Part shown: piece after piece, positions 1-10,853 of the stretch
How positions within the stretch are numbered: the stretch's first letter is position 1
Layout of the letters: each line of letters starts with the position of its first letter
From: Burkholderiales bacterium
GTDB taxonomy: Bacteria; Pseudomonadota; Gammaproteobacteria; Burkholderiales; Ga0077523
Direction: 5' to 3'
Length of the DNA stretch: 64,000 nucleotides
Assembly: GCA_965279325.1 (NCBI GenBank)
Contig: OZ257154.1
Span: 4,865,340 to 4,929,339, forward strand
Translations under genes and position numbers: made by a program
Notes under the pieces: model-generated
Told to the model about the DNA's origin: nothing
What the model saw: the letters and a program-made list of their open reading frames with translations, nothing else
Databases searched by the model: none

Positions 1-1
1 C

Positions 2-445
2 CAGCGTCCGCTCTCCGTGATGATGGTCGACGTGGATCGCTTCAAGACCGTGAACGACACCTACGGTCACGACGTCGGCGACCAGACGCTCCGACACATC
101 GCACTCACCCTGCGCAAGGGTGCGCGCGGCGAAGACGTCATCTGCCGCCTCGGCGGCGAAGAATTTCTCGTGGTCTCCCCGGACACCGGACTCGCGGCCG
201 CCATGCGGCTCGCCGAGCGCCTGCGCGTCGCCGTTGCCGGAGCCCCCGCGATGCTGGGCGCGATCCAGTATTCGGTGACCGTCTCCATCGGGGTTGCCGA
301 GCGAGACGCGGTGATGGTCAAGTTCGACGAACTGCTCAAGGCGGCCGACCAGGTGCTTTATCACTCCAAGCACCTGGGCGGTAATCAGATCCACGCCGCG
401 AATGCATCGGCGATCGGTCCGGCGAGCAGCCCGAACGTCCGCTGA
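2..445 (+). CDS. GGDEF-domain diguanylate cyclase, C-terminal fragment (5' end lies outside the window)
   Basis: ORF 17..445 stays open in frame to the window edge. It contains DVDRFKTVNDTYGHDVGD and the RLGGEEFLV (GGEEF) active-site motif. Confidence 0.85.
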   Translation, partial: QRPLSVMMVDVDRFKTVNDTYGHDVGDQTLRHIALTLRKGARGEDVICRLGGEEFLVVSPDTGLAAAMRLAERLRVAVAGAPAMLGAIQYSVTVSIGVAERDAVMVKFDELLKAADQVLYHSKHLGGNQIHAANASAIGPASSPNVR

Positions 446-462
446 GATCGAGGCCAAAGACA

Positions 463-494
463 AAGCCCCCGGTGAGTCACCTCACCGGGGGCTT
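463..494. terminator. Bidirectional intrinsic terminator hairpin between convergent genes
   Basis: Perfect 14-bp stem AAGCCCCCGGTGAG / CTCACCGGGGGCTT with a TCAC loop. An A-rich run lies upstream and GTCGTTT downstream, so a U-rich tail is available on either strand. Confidence 0.7.
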
Positions 495-524
495 GTCGTT
501 TGCGCGGTCGAGGACCGCGGAAGC

Positions 525-1043
525 TCAGGCGGCCTTCTTGCGCGCGGGCGTCGGAACGCTCGTCTCGACCAGGGTGCTGATGCCCTGGAACGACTTCACG
601 AAGGATTCGTAGGCCTGGTTGGCCGTGCCGAAAGCCTGCTTGAATGCGGCGACAGCGACTTCCGATCCGGCCGGGGAATTCTTCACGACGGAATCCAGGG
701 CCACGACGGCTTGCTTGTTGAACTCGGCAACCTGCGTTTCCAGCAGCTTGGTGAACTCGGCCTGCGTGGTCGCCACGCTTTCGTAGACCTCGCGGGCGTA
801 GGCGGTGGCCTTGTCCACGGCGGGCTGGAACAGCTTGGTCGACAGGGCTTGCAGTTCGGCGGGTTCCTTCACCGCGGCGAACGCCTTCACTTGCTTGACA
901 CCGTCTTCGAAGCCGGACTTTACCGCCTTCAACTGGAGTTCGGTGAAACGCTCGGCACCTTCGGCGGCAACCGTGGCGACACGCACGGCGGTTTCGAACT
1001 GGGCCTTCACGACTGCATTCAGGTCTTGGGAAACAGCATTCAT
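525..1043 (-). CDS. phaP: Phasin family (PHA granule-associated) protein
   Basis: 172-aa Ala/Glu/Lys/Gln-rich helical protein with phasin-like sequence (QFETAVRVATVAAEGAERFTELQLKAVKSGFEDGVKQ). A GGAGG Shine-Dalgarno lies 7 nt upstream of the ATG. Confidence 0.75.
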   Translation of the reverse strand: MNAVSQDLNAVVKAQFETAVRVATVAAEGAERFTELQLKAVKSGFEDGVKQVKAFAAVKEPAELQALSTKLFQPAVDKATAYAREVYESVATTQAEFTKLLETQVAEFNKQAVVALDSVVKNSPAGSEVAVAAFKQAFGTANQAYESFVKSFQGISTLVETSVPTPARKKAA

Positions 1044-1261
1044 GGCAACACCTCCGAGTAAATTGAATATTCAGGGAACCGCCCGGCGGCGGATCGGCGG
1101 CCGGGGAACAGCGCCCGAATTGGAATGTTGCGCTGCACAAAACGGATTATAGGGATGGTCAAGCCCGTGTCAAGGGTTAATTCGAGGGATCTTGAAGGAA
1201 TGGACGAGGTCGGGATGTTGCGACGCGCCATGCCTTGCCAGAAGCCAGGTCAGGTGCCTCG

Positions 1262-2176
1262 TTACGGCTCGGTTCGAGGGCTGTGGGCTACCGCGGACAG
1301 GGATCGGAACGACGGCAATCGGCTGTGATTCCAATGGGTTACAGCCCAGGCGAGCAGCTCGGTGCTCGCAGCGGATTGGAGTTCCAGGGGCGGCTGGAAT
1401 CCCAGGAACGCCAGGGCCGGGGCCAGGGTCATCCAGGGTCGGCTCGGGTCGATGGCGTCTGCCTTCGTCTGCTTCGAGAGCTTTGCGCCGGTGGAATCCA
1501 GCGCGACCGGAAGATGGAGGTACTCCGGCGTCGGCAGGCCGAGCAGGCGTTGCAGGTGGATCTGCCGGGCGGTGGAATCGATCAGATCCGCCCCGCGGAC
1601 GACGTGGGTGAAGCCGGCGTCGGCGTCGTCGACCACGCAGGCGAGGTGGTAGGCATGGACGCCGTCGGTGCGGCGGAGGACGAAATCGCCGGTTGCCAAG
1701 TCGAGCACCTGCCGCACCCGGCCCTGCAACCGGTCGACGAACTCGACGGTCACGCCGCGCACGTCGAGCCGCAGCGCGTGGCCTGCCCGAGGCAGGTCAG
1801 TCCGGTCGCGGCAGGTGCCCGGGTAGCGGGGGCCTTCGATGCCGGGCAGGCCCGCGGCCGCAATCTCCTTGCGGCTGCACGCACAGGGGTAGACGTGCGC
1901 GCGTTGCCCGATCCGTTTCAACGCGTCCGCGTAGGCCGGGCCGCACCTGCTCTGATGGACGACCGGACCATCCCAACGGAGCCCGAGCCGATCGAGATCG
2001 GCGAGGATTGCGTCCGCTGCGCCAGCGACCACTCGAGGTGGATCCAGGTCGTCGATGCGCACGTGCCATTCGCCGCCGTGGGCGCGGGCGTCGAGCCAGC
2101 TGCCCAGCGCGGCGACGATGGAGCCGAAATGCAGGGGTCCGGACGGGGTCGGCGCGAACCGTCCGCGATAGATCAC
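1262..2176 (-). CDS. gluQ: tRNA glutamyl-Q(34) synthetase (GluQRS, YadB family)
   Basis: Truncated class-I GluRS catalytic domain: RGRFAPTPSGPLHFGS (HIGH-type), YHLACVVDD, THVVRGADL, KLSKQ (KMSKS-type). The start is set at the GTG giving (M)IYRGRFAPTPSG, because the Arg-rich N-terminal extension of the 368-aa track ORF looks non-coding. Confidence 0.85.
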   Translation of the reverse strand: MIYRGRFAPTPSGPLHFGSIVAALGSWLDARAHGGEWHVRIDDLDPPRVVAGAADAILADLDRLGLRWDGPVVHQSRCGPAYADALKRIGQRAHVYPCACSRKEIAAAGLPGIEGPRYPGTCRDRTDLPRAGHALRLDVRGVTVEFVDRLQGRVRQVLDLATGDFVLRRTDGVHAYHLACVVDDADAGFTHVVRGADLIDSTARQIHLQRLLGLPTPEYLHLPVALDSTGAKLSKQTKADAIDPSRPWMTLAPALAFLGFQPPLELQSAASTELLAWAVTHWNHSRLPSFRSLSAVAHSPRTEP

Positions 2177-2192
2177 CGCCGTGGCGTCCGGA

Positions 2193-2534
2193 TCAGGCGG
2201 CTGCGCCGCGCCGCGCGTGCACGTAGGCGAGCGAGCTCGCGAACAGCACGAGCGAGAGCGCGATCTCCGTCTGCGCCAGCGTGCGCGCGAGGCCGGTGTC
2301 AGCCCAGCTCCGCACGGCACCTTCGCAGAAATAGCCGAGCGAGAGCAGGCTCGTCCACTGGTACGCACGCACTCTTTCGCGCAACACCCCGAACAGCGGA
2401 ACGAGCAGCGGCAGCGCCTTCAACATGAGCATCGAGCCTCCGGGCCGCAGCGGCGCGAGGAAGGTTTCCCACGTCACGCACAGCAGGGCGAGCAGGCTCA
2501 GGCTGCCGATGGCGCCGAGGTGCGCCGCCTGCAT
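2193..2534 (-). CDS. Small integral membrane protein (DUF2069-like)
   Basis: 113-aa hydrophobic product (MQAAHLGAIGSLSLLALLCVTWETFLAPL...) forming the 3' end of an otherwise spurious 578-aa track ORF. Its ATG overlaps the stop of the upstream gene (ATGA). The family name is from memory. Confidence 0.6.
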   Translation of the reverse strand: MQAAHLGAIGSLSLLALLCVTWETFLAPLRPGGSMLMLKALPLLVPLFGVLRERVRAYQWTSLLSLGYFCEGAVRSWADTGLARTLAQTEIALSLVLFASSLAYVHARRGAAA

Positions 2535-3241
2535 CACAGGCGACGGCTCTCCGTACGCGCCTCCAGGGCCAATGTCACCAGCTGCTTGCGGGCCGCACCG
2601 GCATCGGTGACCGGATTGACGAACTCCATTCGCAGCACGCGGTGATCGGCACGCACATCGAAGCCGTCGCAGTCGATCGTGAGCATCTCCACGTCCTGCG
2701 CTTCGATCCGATGGAAGTGAAGGCAGAAATCGCGCAGCGCCGGCCTGTGGTCGGTGTTCATGTGCTCGACGATGTCGGCCTCGCGATCGTTCAGCGCGCA
2801 GGGCTTGACCATATAGCTGTCGCGGTCGAAGGTCCGGATGTCGCCGAAGCCGCCGATGTAGTGGCCGCCCTGCGGGTCGATGCGGAACAGGTGGAAGTCG
2901 CCGAAGGCGGCGTAGGCGAGGGCATCGGGAAACATCGTGAGGTAGCGCGAGCGCGCCGCGCCGTCGTCGTCGACGATCGACGCGGTGCCGACGATGGTGA
3001 CCCGGCTTCCGGCCAGCACGTCGTCCTGGTGCGCGCACAGGCTCACCTGCGCGTTCTCGCGCATGTTCTGCGTATGCGCCGCGAGGTCGCTCACGAGGAT
3101 CAGCGGGCACCCGATCGGATCCACCGCGTAGGGCAACGCCGAGCCGAACGGGAAGCCGGGAAACTGCACCGAGACGGTGGCGAGGACGCCCTTCCGGAGC
3201 GATCGCAGCAACAGGCGTGCGGTGCGCATGGAGGTGCTCAT
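2534..3241 (-). CDS. HugZ/pyridoxamine-5'-phosphate-oxidase-like FMN-binding split-barrel protein with DUF2470-like C-terminus
   Basis: 235 aa. The N-terminal half resembles PNPOx-like split-barrel proteins (GVLATVSVQFPGFPFGSALPYAVD, VSLCAHQDD). The C-terminal half (IVEHMNTDHRPALRDFC) resembles DUF2470. Confidence 0.6.
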   Translation of the reverse strand: MSTSMRTARLLLRSLRKGVLATVSVQFPGFPFGSALPYAVDPIGCPLILVSDLAAHTQNMRENAQVSLCAHQDDVLAGSRVTIVGTASIVDDDGAARSRYLTMFPDALAYAAFGDFHLFRIDPQGGHYIGGFGDIRTFDRDSYMVKPCALNDREADIVEHMNTDHRPALRDFCLHFHRIEAQDVEMLTIDCDGFDVRADHRVLRMEFVNPVTDAGAARKQLVTLALEARTESRRL

Positions 3242-3244
3242 GGT

Positions 3245-3871
<627 letters not shown>

Positions 3872-3932
3872 TCAGCAAAGCGCCGCGTATTATAGGTGCC
3901 GCGCCGGCGTTCCCGGCCGCGCTCGCCACCCC

Positions 3933-5234
3933 ATGACATCCGTATTCTCGACCGTCCGCAATTTCAGCCGCTTCCTCGTGACGCGATTTCGCGAGGATGC
4001 GCTCGCCCAGGTGGCGGGGAGCCTCACCTTCACCACGCTGCTCGCGCTGGTGCCGATCATCACCATCGCACTGACGGTGTTCTCGGCCTTTCCCGTCTTC
4101 GGGGCGGTTACCGCGTCGCTCAAGACGTTCATCCTGGCCAATTTCGTCCCGGGTTCGGCGAGCAAGCTGATCACGGTCTACATGCAGCAGTTCGCGGACA
4201 AGGCCTCGCGCCTCACCGCAGTGGGTATCGCCTTGCTGGGCGTGACCTCCGTGATGCTGATGCTCACCATCGACCGCGTGTTCAACCGGATCTGGCGCGT
4301 GCGCCGGCCGCGCCCGCTGCTGCAGCGGCTGCTCGTCTACTGGACGGTGCTCACCATCGGACCGCTGCTGATCGGCGTCAGCCTGTACGTGACCTCCTGG
4401 CTGATCACCGCGTCGCTGGGCCTGCTGAACGAACGCGATGCCGGCGGCCTGCTGTTCAAGCTGTTCGCGACGGCGCTCACGTGCGTAGCACTAGCCTTCC
4501 TCTACCGGACCGTGCCCAACCGGAAGGTCGAACCGGTCGATGCACTGATCGGGGGCGTACTCGCGGGCCTCGCGTTCGAGGCGATGAAATCGGCCTTCGC
4601 GAATTTCATCACGCAGTTCGGCAGCTACAAGCTGGTCTACGGCGCCTTCGCCGGGCTGCCGGTGTTCCTGCTGTGGATCTACCTGTCCTGGATCGTGGTG
4701 CTCGCGGGCGCGGTGATCACTGCCGCGATCCCCTTCATTCGCGCCGGCGGCTGGAAGACGCATCGCGTTCCGGGCAGCCGCTTCGTCGAAGCGCTGCAGT
4801 TGCTCAGGCTGCTCACCGACGCGCACCGCGAAGGTCACGTCGTGTCCCTGGATGCGTTGTCGCAGGGTTCGCACCTGTCGCTCGACGATGCCGAGTCGAT
4901 GCTCGATCACATGCGCCGCGAAGGCTGGGTCGCCCGCTCCGGCGCCGACGGCTGGTTGCTCGCGCGCGATCCACGCGCGATCCAGGTGAGCGAGATCTAT
5001 CGCGAGTTCGTATTTCGCGTCGATGTGGTGCGCACCGAAGCGCGGGCCATCGGACTGGAGAGTCTCACCGCGACGCTGGCGCAAGGCATGGAACGCGAGG
5101 CCGCGATGACGCTCGAGGAAGCTTTCACCGCGCTCGCAGCGGAGGGTCGCGGTCCGCTCAGCGGCCCAGAAAGCGCGACAACCACCCGCCGATCGGCCCG
5201 GGCTGCGCCTGGCTCGGTGCGTGCCGCGCCTTGA
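3933..5234 (+). CDS. YihY/BrkB family inner membrane protein with a C-terminal soluble extension
   Basis: AQVAGSLTFTTLLALVPIITIAL, NRIWRVRRPRP and several predicted TM segments match the YihY family. The 3' end overlaps the convergent FkbM gene by 77 nt. Confidence 0.8.
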   Translation: MTSVFSTVRNFSRFLVTRFREDALAQVAGSLTFTTLLALVPIITIALTVFSAFPVFGAVTASLKTFILANFVPGSASKLITVYMQQFADKASRLTAVGIALLGVTSVMLMLTIDRVFNRIWRVRRPRPLLQRLLVYWTVLTIGPLLIGVSLYVTSWLITASLGLLNERDAGGLLFKLFATALTCVALAFLYRTVPNRKVEPVDALIGGVLAGLAFEAMKSAFANFITQFGSYKLVYGAFAGLPVFLLWIYLSWIVVLAGAVITAAIPFIRAGGWKTHRVPGSRFVEALQLLRLLTDAHREGHVVSLDALSQGSHLSLDDAESMLDHMRREGWVARSGADGWLLARDPRAIQVSEIYREFVFRVDVVRTEARAIGLESLTATLAQGMEREAAMTLEEAFTALAAEGRGPLSGPESATTTRRSARAAPGSVRAAP

Positions 5235-6114
5235 AGGTCGCGGCGCGCCTTGCCGCGATCTCGCCCGCGTCGCGGTAGCGGGACGCCAGCTTGGTGCCCG
5301 AGAGTCGATCCGCATGGGAAAGGGCGAGCCACGCCAGGTCCCAGGCATCGTAGAGCGCGTGCGCGATCACGGCGAGCCTGATCCAGCGTTCCGGGGACTG
5401 TGAGGCTGCGTCGGTGAAATCCTTGACGTAGACCACATCCGCCCACAGCACCTGGCTCATGAACGCCGGCGGCGAACTCGGAAAACTGCCGGGCTGCAAC
5501 GTGCGCCCGCCGCTGGTCAGGAACCGATGAACGATGAATCCGTTGGCGCGGAGCAGCGTATCGATTTCGCCGATCGTGGGGGCGTCGCGGTACAACGGCG
5601 TGAGGCTGACCTCGGTATGCACGAACATCGTCTGCTCCAGCAGTCGGGCAGCGTTGGCCAGGGTGTCGCGCTCGGCACCCTGGATGTCCAGCTTGAGGAA
5701 GTCGCAGCCGTGCTCGCGCAGCTCCTCGATGTCGTCCATGCGCAGTGTCCGGACGCGCTGTGTCCCCAGCACCTCCATCAACGGCGCAAGGTCCTGGAAC
5801 AGTTCGAGGAACGGCATGTTCGGCTCGTAGAGCGAGGTGCAGGCGCTGAATCGGGTGATGTGCAGTGTCCGCTCGGCGCCATCGCCGACGGCATAGGGCA
5901 GAAAGCGCATGGGGCCTTCGGCCATCGCGTTCAGCTTGTCGCATTCCGCGGCGACGGGTTCGAAACCGATGACCCGCGCGAGCCCTTCGTCCGCCAGCGG
6001 TTGCCACAGCGGATCGCTGCCGATATCCATCGCGCCCACGTCGACGACATTGATGATCGGCGGGTCCACCAGCGCTTCGGAGACGGTGAAGTGAAAATCC
6101 TGGCCGTCGCTCAT
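5158..6114 (-). CDS. FkbM-family methyltransferase, paralogue 1
   Basis: VVDVGAMDIG glycine-rich motif, FEPVAAEC, KLDIQGAERDTL, RANGFIVHRF. The start is taken at MSDGQDF, whose ATG overlaps the upstream stop as ATGA. Confidence 0.7.
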   Translation of the reverse strand: MSDGQDFHFTVSEALVDPPIINVVDVGAMDIGSDPLWQPLADEGLARVIGFEPVAAECDKLNAMAEGPMRFLPYAVGDGAERTLHITRFSACTSLYEPNMPFLELFQDLAPLMEVLGTQRVRTLRMDDIEELREHGCDFLKLDIQGAERDTLANAARLLEQTMFVHTEVSLTPLYRDAPTIGEIDTLLRANGFIVHRFLTSGGRTLQPGSFPSSPPAFMSQVLWADVVYVKDFTDAASQSPERWIRLAVIAHALYDAWDLAWLALSHADRLSGTKLASRYRDAGEIAARRAATFKARHAPSQAQPGPIGGWLSRFLGR

Positions 6115-6974
6115 GTCGGTAAGCGTTCGAGCGCGGCGGTCTCGTAGGCTGCCAGGTAGCGCGGTGCGAGATCGCCGCCGGAACACGCGTCCGCGTGCCT
6201 GAAAGCGAGGTGGGCGAGGTCGTACGCCTGATACAGTTCATGCGCCAGCACGGCGAGCTTCACCCACCGCTCGCGCGGTTGCGAAGCCGTCTGGGCGAAG
6301 TCCTTCACGTACACGAAATCTCCCCACAACTCCTGGTTGAGATAGGTGCCGGGACCGCCATCGATCGACGGATGGTTCAGCGCGCCTCTTCCGCTCTGTA
6401 GATAGCGATGCACGATGAAACCGTTGCGCCGCAGGAGGCGGTCGATCTCGCCCAGCATCGGCTGGTCGCGATACATCGGCGTGAGAGGCACGCGGAGCTC
6501 GAGGACCATGACACCTTCGAGCAAGTGCGTGCCATGGGCCAGCACATCGTAGGCTGCTCCGCCGACGTCGAGATTCATGAAATCGCACCCCGACCTTCGC
6601 AGTTCATCGACGTCGTCGAGGCGGTGGGTCCGAACGCGCTCCGTCGCAATGACTTCGAAGGGGGCGGCCAGATTCTGGAACAGCAGCAGGAACGGCTGGT
6701 TCGGCTCGTACAGCGAGCTGCAGCCATCGAATGCGGTGCGATACAGCGTCCGCTCCGACCCGTCCGCGATGGCCAGCGGGAGGAACGTATGTCTTGCGCT
6801 TGCCACGTCGCGGAGTTGTGCGCAGGTCTTCTCCAGTGCCTCCAGGCCCACCACGCGCCCGGCATCCACATCCAGCAGGCCTTGCCAGCGCCGCGGGGTA
6901 CCGGGATGGGCCGGACCGACGTCGACGATCACGATGGCTGGTGGCTCCACAAGCATCTGTGTGACGTTGAACAT
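6111..6974 (-). CDS. FkbM-family methyltransferase-like protein, paralogue 2 (motifs degenerate)
   Basis: Colinear with paralogue 1 over its whole length (SSLYEPNQPFL, LTPMYRDQPMLGEIDRLLRRNGFIVHRY). The corresponding motifs read IVDVGPAHPG and NLDVGGAAYDVL. Start taken at MFNVTQ (6974). Confidence 0.65.
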   Translation of the reverse strand: MFNVTQMLVEPPAIVIVDVGPAHPGTPRRWQGLLDVDAGRVVGLEALEKTCAQLRDVASARHTFLPLAIADGSERTLYRTAFDGCSSLYEPNQPFLLLFQNLAAPFEVIATERVRTHRLDDVDELRRSGCDFMNLDVGGAAYDVLAHGTHLLEGVMVLELRVPLTPMYRDQPMLGEIDRLLRRNGFIVHRYLQSGRGALNHPSIDGGPGTYLNQELWGDFVYVKDFAQTASQPRERWVKLAVLAHELYQAYDLAHLAFRHADACSGGDLAPRYLAAYETAALERLPT

Positions 6975-6990
6975 GATGTAAGCCGGCGAC

Positions 6991-7677
6991 TCAACTCTGC
7001 CCGAGGTGGCGCTGCGGACGGGAAGGCGCGGACATGCTCTCGCGCGCCGGTTTCGCCTCCTGTTCGTAGCGCCAGGTCTGCATCCACGCCCGTTGCACCA
7101 GCTTCGGATACTCCGCCTTGCCGAGGCTGCCGTTGTAGCGGCCGAGCGCGCGGAAGACGTTGCCGTGTTCGATGTCGAGGTAGTGCCGCAGGATCGTGCA
7201 GCCATAACGCAGGTTGGTGCGCAGGTTGAAGAGGTTTTGCCCGCTTGCGCCGATGGTGTCGACCCAGAAGGGCATCACCTGCATGTAGCCGCGCGCGCCG
7301 GCGCGCGACACCGCGAACTTGCGAAAGCGGCTTTCCACCTGGATCAATCCGAGCACCATCTGCGGATCCAGCCCTGCCCGCGTGGCTTCGTAATGGATGG
7401 CGGTCAGCAGTTCCGTCCGATCACCATCGTTCGGCACGTAGCGAGCGAGACGCGCGGACATGGTCTTCAACCACACCTGCGCATCGAAGGGATCATCGAA
7501 GGCGAGCCGCGGCGGGGCGTGGTCGGCGATGGCCCGCTGCATTTGAGCCTGCACCGAGGCCGACAGCGGTTCGTAGCGCTGCGCACCGGCGAGCACCAGT
7601 CCCGCGTGCAGCGCCATCGCCACGGCGAGCGCGGCACGCCACTGCCGCCGTGTCAGGCGAGCTTCGCGAGCAGCCAT
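6991..7677 (-). CDS. Lytic transglycosylase (SLT domain), membrane-anchored or exported
   Basis: [26 protein letters not shown] carries the SLT catalytic Glu-Ser motif, and the N-terminus has a hydrophobic anchor ([17 protein letters not shown]). Start at MAAREARL; overlaps the proS 3' end by 25 nt. Confidence 0.8.
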   Translation of the reverse strand: MAAREARLTRRQWRAALAVAMALHAGLVLAGAQRYEPLSASVQAQMQRAIADHAPPRLAFDDPFDAQVWLKTMSARLARYVPNDGDRTELLTAIHYEATRAGLDPQMVLGLIQVESRFRKFAVSRAGARGYMQVMPFWVDTIGASGQNLFNLRTNLRYGCTILRHYLDIEHGNVFRALGRYNGSLGKAEYPKLVQRAWMQTWRYEQEAKPARESMSAPSRPQRHLGQS

Positions 7678-9362
7678 GCGGCCGCTCCATCGGCCGGGAT
7701 GGGTTGCGACTTGGCGTCGCGGCGATGCTGGTATTCGAACTCGCCGTTCTTGAGTCCGCGATCGCCGATGGTCACGCGATGCGGAATGCCGGTGAGCTCC
7801 ATGTCCGCGAACATCACGCCCGGGCGCTCGTCGCGATCGTCCATCAGCACTTCGATGCCTGCCTCCGCAAGCGTGCGGTGGAGTTCGTCCGCGGCCTTGC
7901 GCACCGCCTCGCTCTTGCCATAGCCGATCGGCACCAGCGCCACGCGGAACGGCGCCATCGCATCCGGAAAGATGATGCCGCGTTCGTCGTGATTCTGCTC
8001 GATGGCCGCGGCGACGATGCGCGATACGCCGATGCCGTAGCAGCCCATTTCCATCGGCTTCGACTGGCCCTGTTCGTCGAGGTAGGCTGCATTCATCGCG
8101 ACCGAATACTTGGTGCGCAACTGGAACACGTGGCCGACCTCGATGCCGCGGAGGATGTCGAGGCTGCCCTTGCCGTCGGGACTGGGGTCGCCGGCCACGA
8201 CGTTGCGGATGTCTGCGTACTCGGCGGGTTCGGGCAGGTCGCGTCCGAAGTTCACGCCGGTGAGGTGGAAGCCATCGGCGTTCGCGCCGCACACGAAATC
8301 GCTCATGGACATCAAGGCGCGATCGGCGACGATGGGCAGGGATGCGCCAACCGGTCCGACCGACCCGGCTCCGGCACCGAGGCGCGCGCGAATCTCGCCC
8401 TCCGTCGCGAAACGGAAACCTTCCTTCAGGGCGGCCAACTTGCCGGCCTTCACCTCGTTCAGCATGTGATCGCCCCGCAGGAGCAGCAGCACTTCACCGC
8501 CGCCGTTTGCCACCAGCATGAGCGTCTTGACGACCTTCTCGGGCGGCACCTTCAGGAACGCGCTCACTGCGTCGATGGTGTGCGCACTCGGCGTGGCTAC
8601 CTTGCTCATCGGCTGCGCCGGTGCGGCACGCGGCGCCGACGGCGCGACGGCCTCGGCCAGTTCGACGTTGGCCGCGTACTGGGAATCAGGACTGTAGGCG
8701 ATCGCGTCCTCGCCCGAATCGGCAAGCACGTGGAACTCGTGCGAGCCGGTGCCGCCGATGGCGCCGGTGTCGGCGGCCACCGCGCGGAATCCGAGACCGA
8801 GCCGCGTGAAGATGCGCGAGTACGCATCCACCATGTTGCGATACTCGCGTTCGAGATCCTCGAAGCTCGTGTGGAAGGAGTACGCGTCCTTCATGAGGAA
8901 CTCGCGCGCCCGCATGACGCCGAAGCGCGGGCGGATTTCGTCGCGGAACTTGGTCTGGATCTGATAAAAATTCACCGGCAGCTGGCGATAGCTGCGGATC
9001 TCGCGGCGCGCGATGTCGGTGATGACTTCCTCGTGCGTCGGGCCGAAGCAGAAATCGCGGTCGTGGCGATCCTTGATCTTGAGCATCTGCGGGCCGAACA
9101 CCTGCCAGCGGCCGGACTCCTGCCAGAGCTCGGCGGGCTGCACCGCGGGCATCGAGACTTCCACGGCGCCGGCGGCGTTCATTTCCTCGCGGACGACGGC
9201 TTCGACCTTGCGCAGCACGCGCAGGCCGAGCGGCATCCAGGTATAGAGGCCGCTGCCGAGCTTGCGGATGAGGCCGGCACGCAGCATGAGCCGGTGACTG
9301 ACGAGCTCGGCTTCCGCCGGGGCTTCCTTGAGCGTGGAGATGAAGAATTGACTGACGCGCAT
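7653..9362 (-). CDS. proS: Proline--tRNA ligase
   Basis: 569 aa. [46 protein letters not shown] and full-length class-II ProRS architecture with an editing insertion. Confidence 0.95.
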   Translation of the reverse strand: MRVSQFFISTLKEAPAEAELVSHRLMLRAGLIRKLGSGLYTWMPLGLRVLRKVEAVVREEMNAAGAVEVSMPAVQPAELWQESGRWQVFGPQMLKIKDRHDRDFCFGPTHEEVITDIARREIRSYRQLPVNFYQIQTKFRDEIRPRFGVMRAREFLMKDAYSFHTSFEDLEREYRNMVDAYSRIFTRLGLGFRAVAADTGAIGGTGSHEFHVLADSGEDAIAYSPDSQYAANVELAEAVAPSAPRAAPAQPMSKVATPSAHTIDAVSAFLKVPPEKVVKTLMLVANGGGEVLLLLRGDHMLNEVKAGKLAALKEGFRFATEGEIRARLGAGAGSVGPVGASLPIVADRALMSMSDFVCGANADGFHLTGVNFGRDLPEPAEYADIRNVVAGDPSPDGKGSLDILRGIEVGHVFQLRTKYSVAMNAAYLDEQGQSKPMEMGCYGIGVSRIVAAAIEQNHDERGIIFPDAMAPFRVALVPIGYGKSEAVRKAADELHRTLAEAGIEVLMDDRDERPGVMFADMELTGIPHRVTIGDRGLKNGEFEYQHRRDAKSQPIPADGAAAWLLAKLA

Positions 9363-9415
9363 GACGGGTGGGGTGGTCGAAAAGCGTTGATTTTAGCGGG
9401 CATAATCGCCGGATC

Positions 9416-10204
9416 ATGAGTCTTTTGTCGAGATTGCGAATCCACCGGGCCCGGACCGGCGATGCTTCGGTCGAGGTAAGCGAGAAGGACGGCCTGCGTT
9501 CCCTGCACCTGGGCAGCTCCACCGTCCAGAGCACCATGCGCATCGACGACCCGGTGGAACTGGTGCTGTCGTACACCCGGGCGATGATGGGGTTCCTGCT
9601 GTTCCATCCACGGCCGCGGCGGATCGCGATGATCGGCCTTGGCGGAGGGTCGCTGGCGAAATTCGCGTATCACCGCATTCCCGATTCGCGCATCGTCGTG
9701 GTGGAGAACAGCGCGCAGGTCATCGGCGCGGCGCGCAGCTACTTCGAAGTACCGCCGGACGACGGGCGGTTCGAAGTGATCCATGGCGACGGCGCCGAGC
9801 ATGTACGCGAGCATCCCGACTCGTGCGACATCCTGATGGTCGACGGCTACGACAGCGAATCCCAGGTCGAAGAGCTCGCCACGGAATCGTTCTATGCCGA
9901 CGCGCGGGCCGCGCTCGAGCGCGAGGGAATCCTCGTGGTCAATCTGTGGAGCTCCGACACGCGCTTCGACACCTACCTCCAGCGCATCGAGCGCGCCTTC
10001 GACAGCCGGGTGGTCTGCCTGCCGGCGGAGCGACGAGGAAACGTGGCGGTGTTCGGCTTCCGGCGCACGCCGGACACCACGGCCTGGGAGGCCCTCAAGA
10101 CCCGAGCGAAGCAGCTGGAGAAGACCTTCGGGCTGGAATTCCCCCGCTTCGTGCCGCGCCTGAAGGACATGAATCCGCACACGGACAAACGCCTGATTAT
10201 CTGA
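9416..10204 (+). CDS. Spermidine-synthase-like SAM-dependent methyltransferase-fold protein
   Basis: IAMIGLGGGSLAKF (GxGxG), VVENSAQVIGAAR, DILMVDGYD, ILVVNLW. Start taken at MSLLSRL. Confidence 0.65.
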   Translation: MSLLSRLRIHRARTGDASVEVSEKDGLRSLHLGSSTVQSTMRIDDPVELVLSYTRAMMGFLLFHPRPRRIAMIGLGGGSLAKFAYHRIPDSRIVVVENSAQVIGAARSYFEVPPDDGRFEVIHGDGAEHVREHPDSCDILMVDGYDSESQVEELATESFYADARAALEREGILVVNLWSSDTRFDTYLQRIERAFDSRVVCLPAERRGNVAVFGFRRTPDTTAWEALKTRAKQLEKTFGLEFPRFVPRLKDMNPHTDKRLII

Positions 10205-10310
10205 CGCAATTCGTAACGGGTTGTGGCGGGTTCCGGGCTCGCCGGCCTTCCTCCGCCCGGGGAAGTGTGAAAGAATTTCGACGGCGCCACGATCGTGAGG
10301 TAAAGGAAGA

Positions 10311-10847
10311 ATGATCGATCGCGACGGTTATCGGCCGAATGTCGGGATCATCCTCGCCAACGCGAGGAACGAGGTCTTCTGGGGCAAGCGCGTTCGTGAA
10401 CACGCCTGGCAGTTTCCGCAGGGTGGGATCAAACCCGGCGAGACCCCGGAGCAGGCCATGTATCGCGAGCTGATGGAAGAGGTCGGGCTCGAGCACTCGC
10501 ACGTGCGCATCCTGGGCCGCACGCGGGACTGGCTGCGCTACGACGTTCCGAAGCACTGGGTACGCCGCGAGGGCCGCAGCCAGTATCGGGGCCAGAAGCA
10601 GATCTGGTATCTCCTGCGGCTCGTGGGCCGCGATTGCGACGTCTGCCTGCGCCGCTCGGAGAAGCCCGAGTTCGACGCCTGGCGCTGGAATCAGTACTGG
10701 GTGCCCCTGGACAGCGTCGTCGACTTCAAGCGCGAGGTCTACCAGATGGCTTTGACCGAATTGTCCCGCTTCATCTTCTCGCGGATCGAACCTGGCTGGG
10801 AGCTATCGATCACCCACGCCCAGAGCCTCGGTGAGCCGGGTCTCTAG
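10311..10847 (+). CDS. rppH: RNA pyrophosphohydrolase (Nudix)
   Basis: [17 protein letters not shown]... with [28 protein letters not shown] (Nudix box) and a [10 protein letters not shown] tail typical of RppH/NudH. Confidence 0.9.
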   Translation: MIDRDGYRPNVGIILANARNEVFWGKRVREHAWQFPQGGIKPGETPEQAMYRELMEEVGLEHSHVRILGRTRDWLRYDVPKHWVRREGRSQYRGQKQIWYLLRLVGRDCDVCLRRSEKPEFDAWRWNQYWVPLDSVVDFKREVYQMALTELSRFIFSRIEPGWELSITHAQSLGEPGL

Positions 10848-10853
10848 CCGGTC

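Noticed and set aside
1044-1261. A possible PhaR operator (TGC-rich motif, TTGCGCTGCACAA) upstream of the phasin gene.
   Set aside because: The sequence is not a true palindrome, and I cannot recall a consensus precise enough to support a call.
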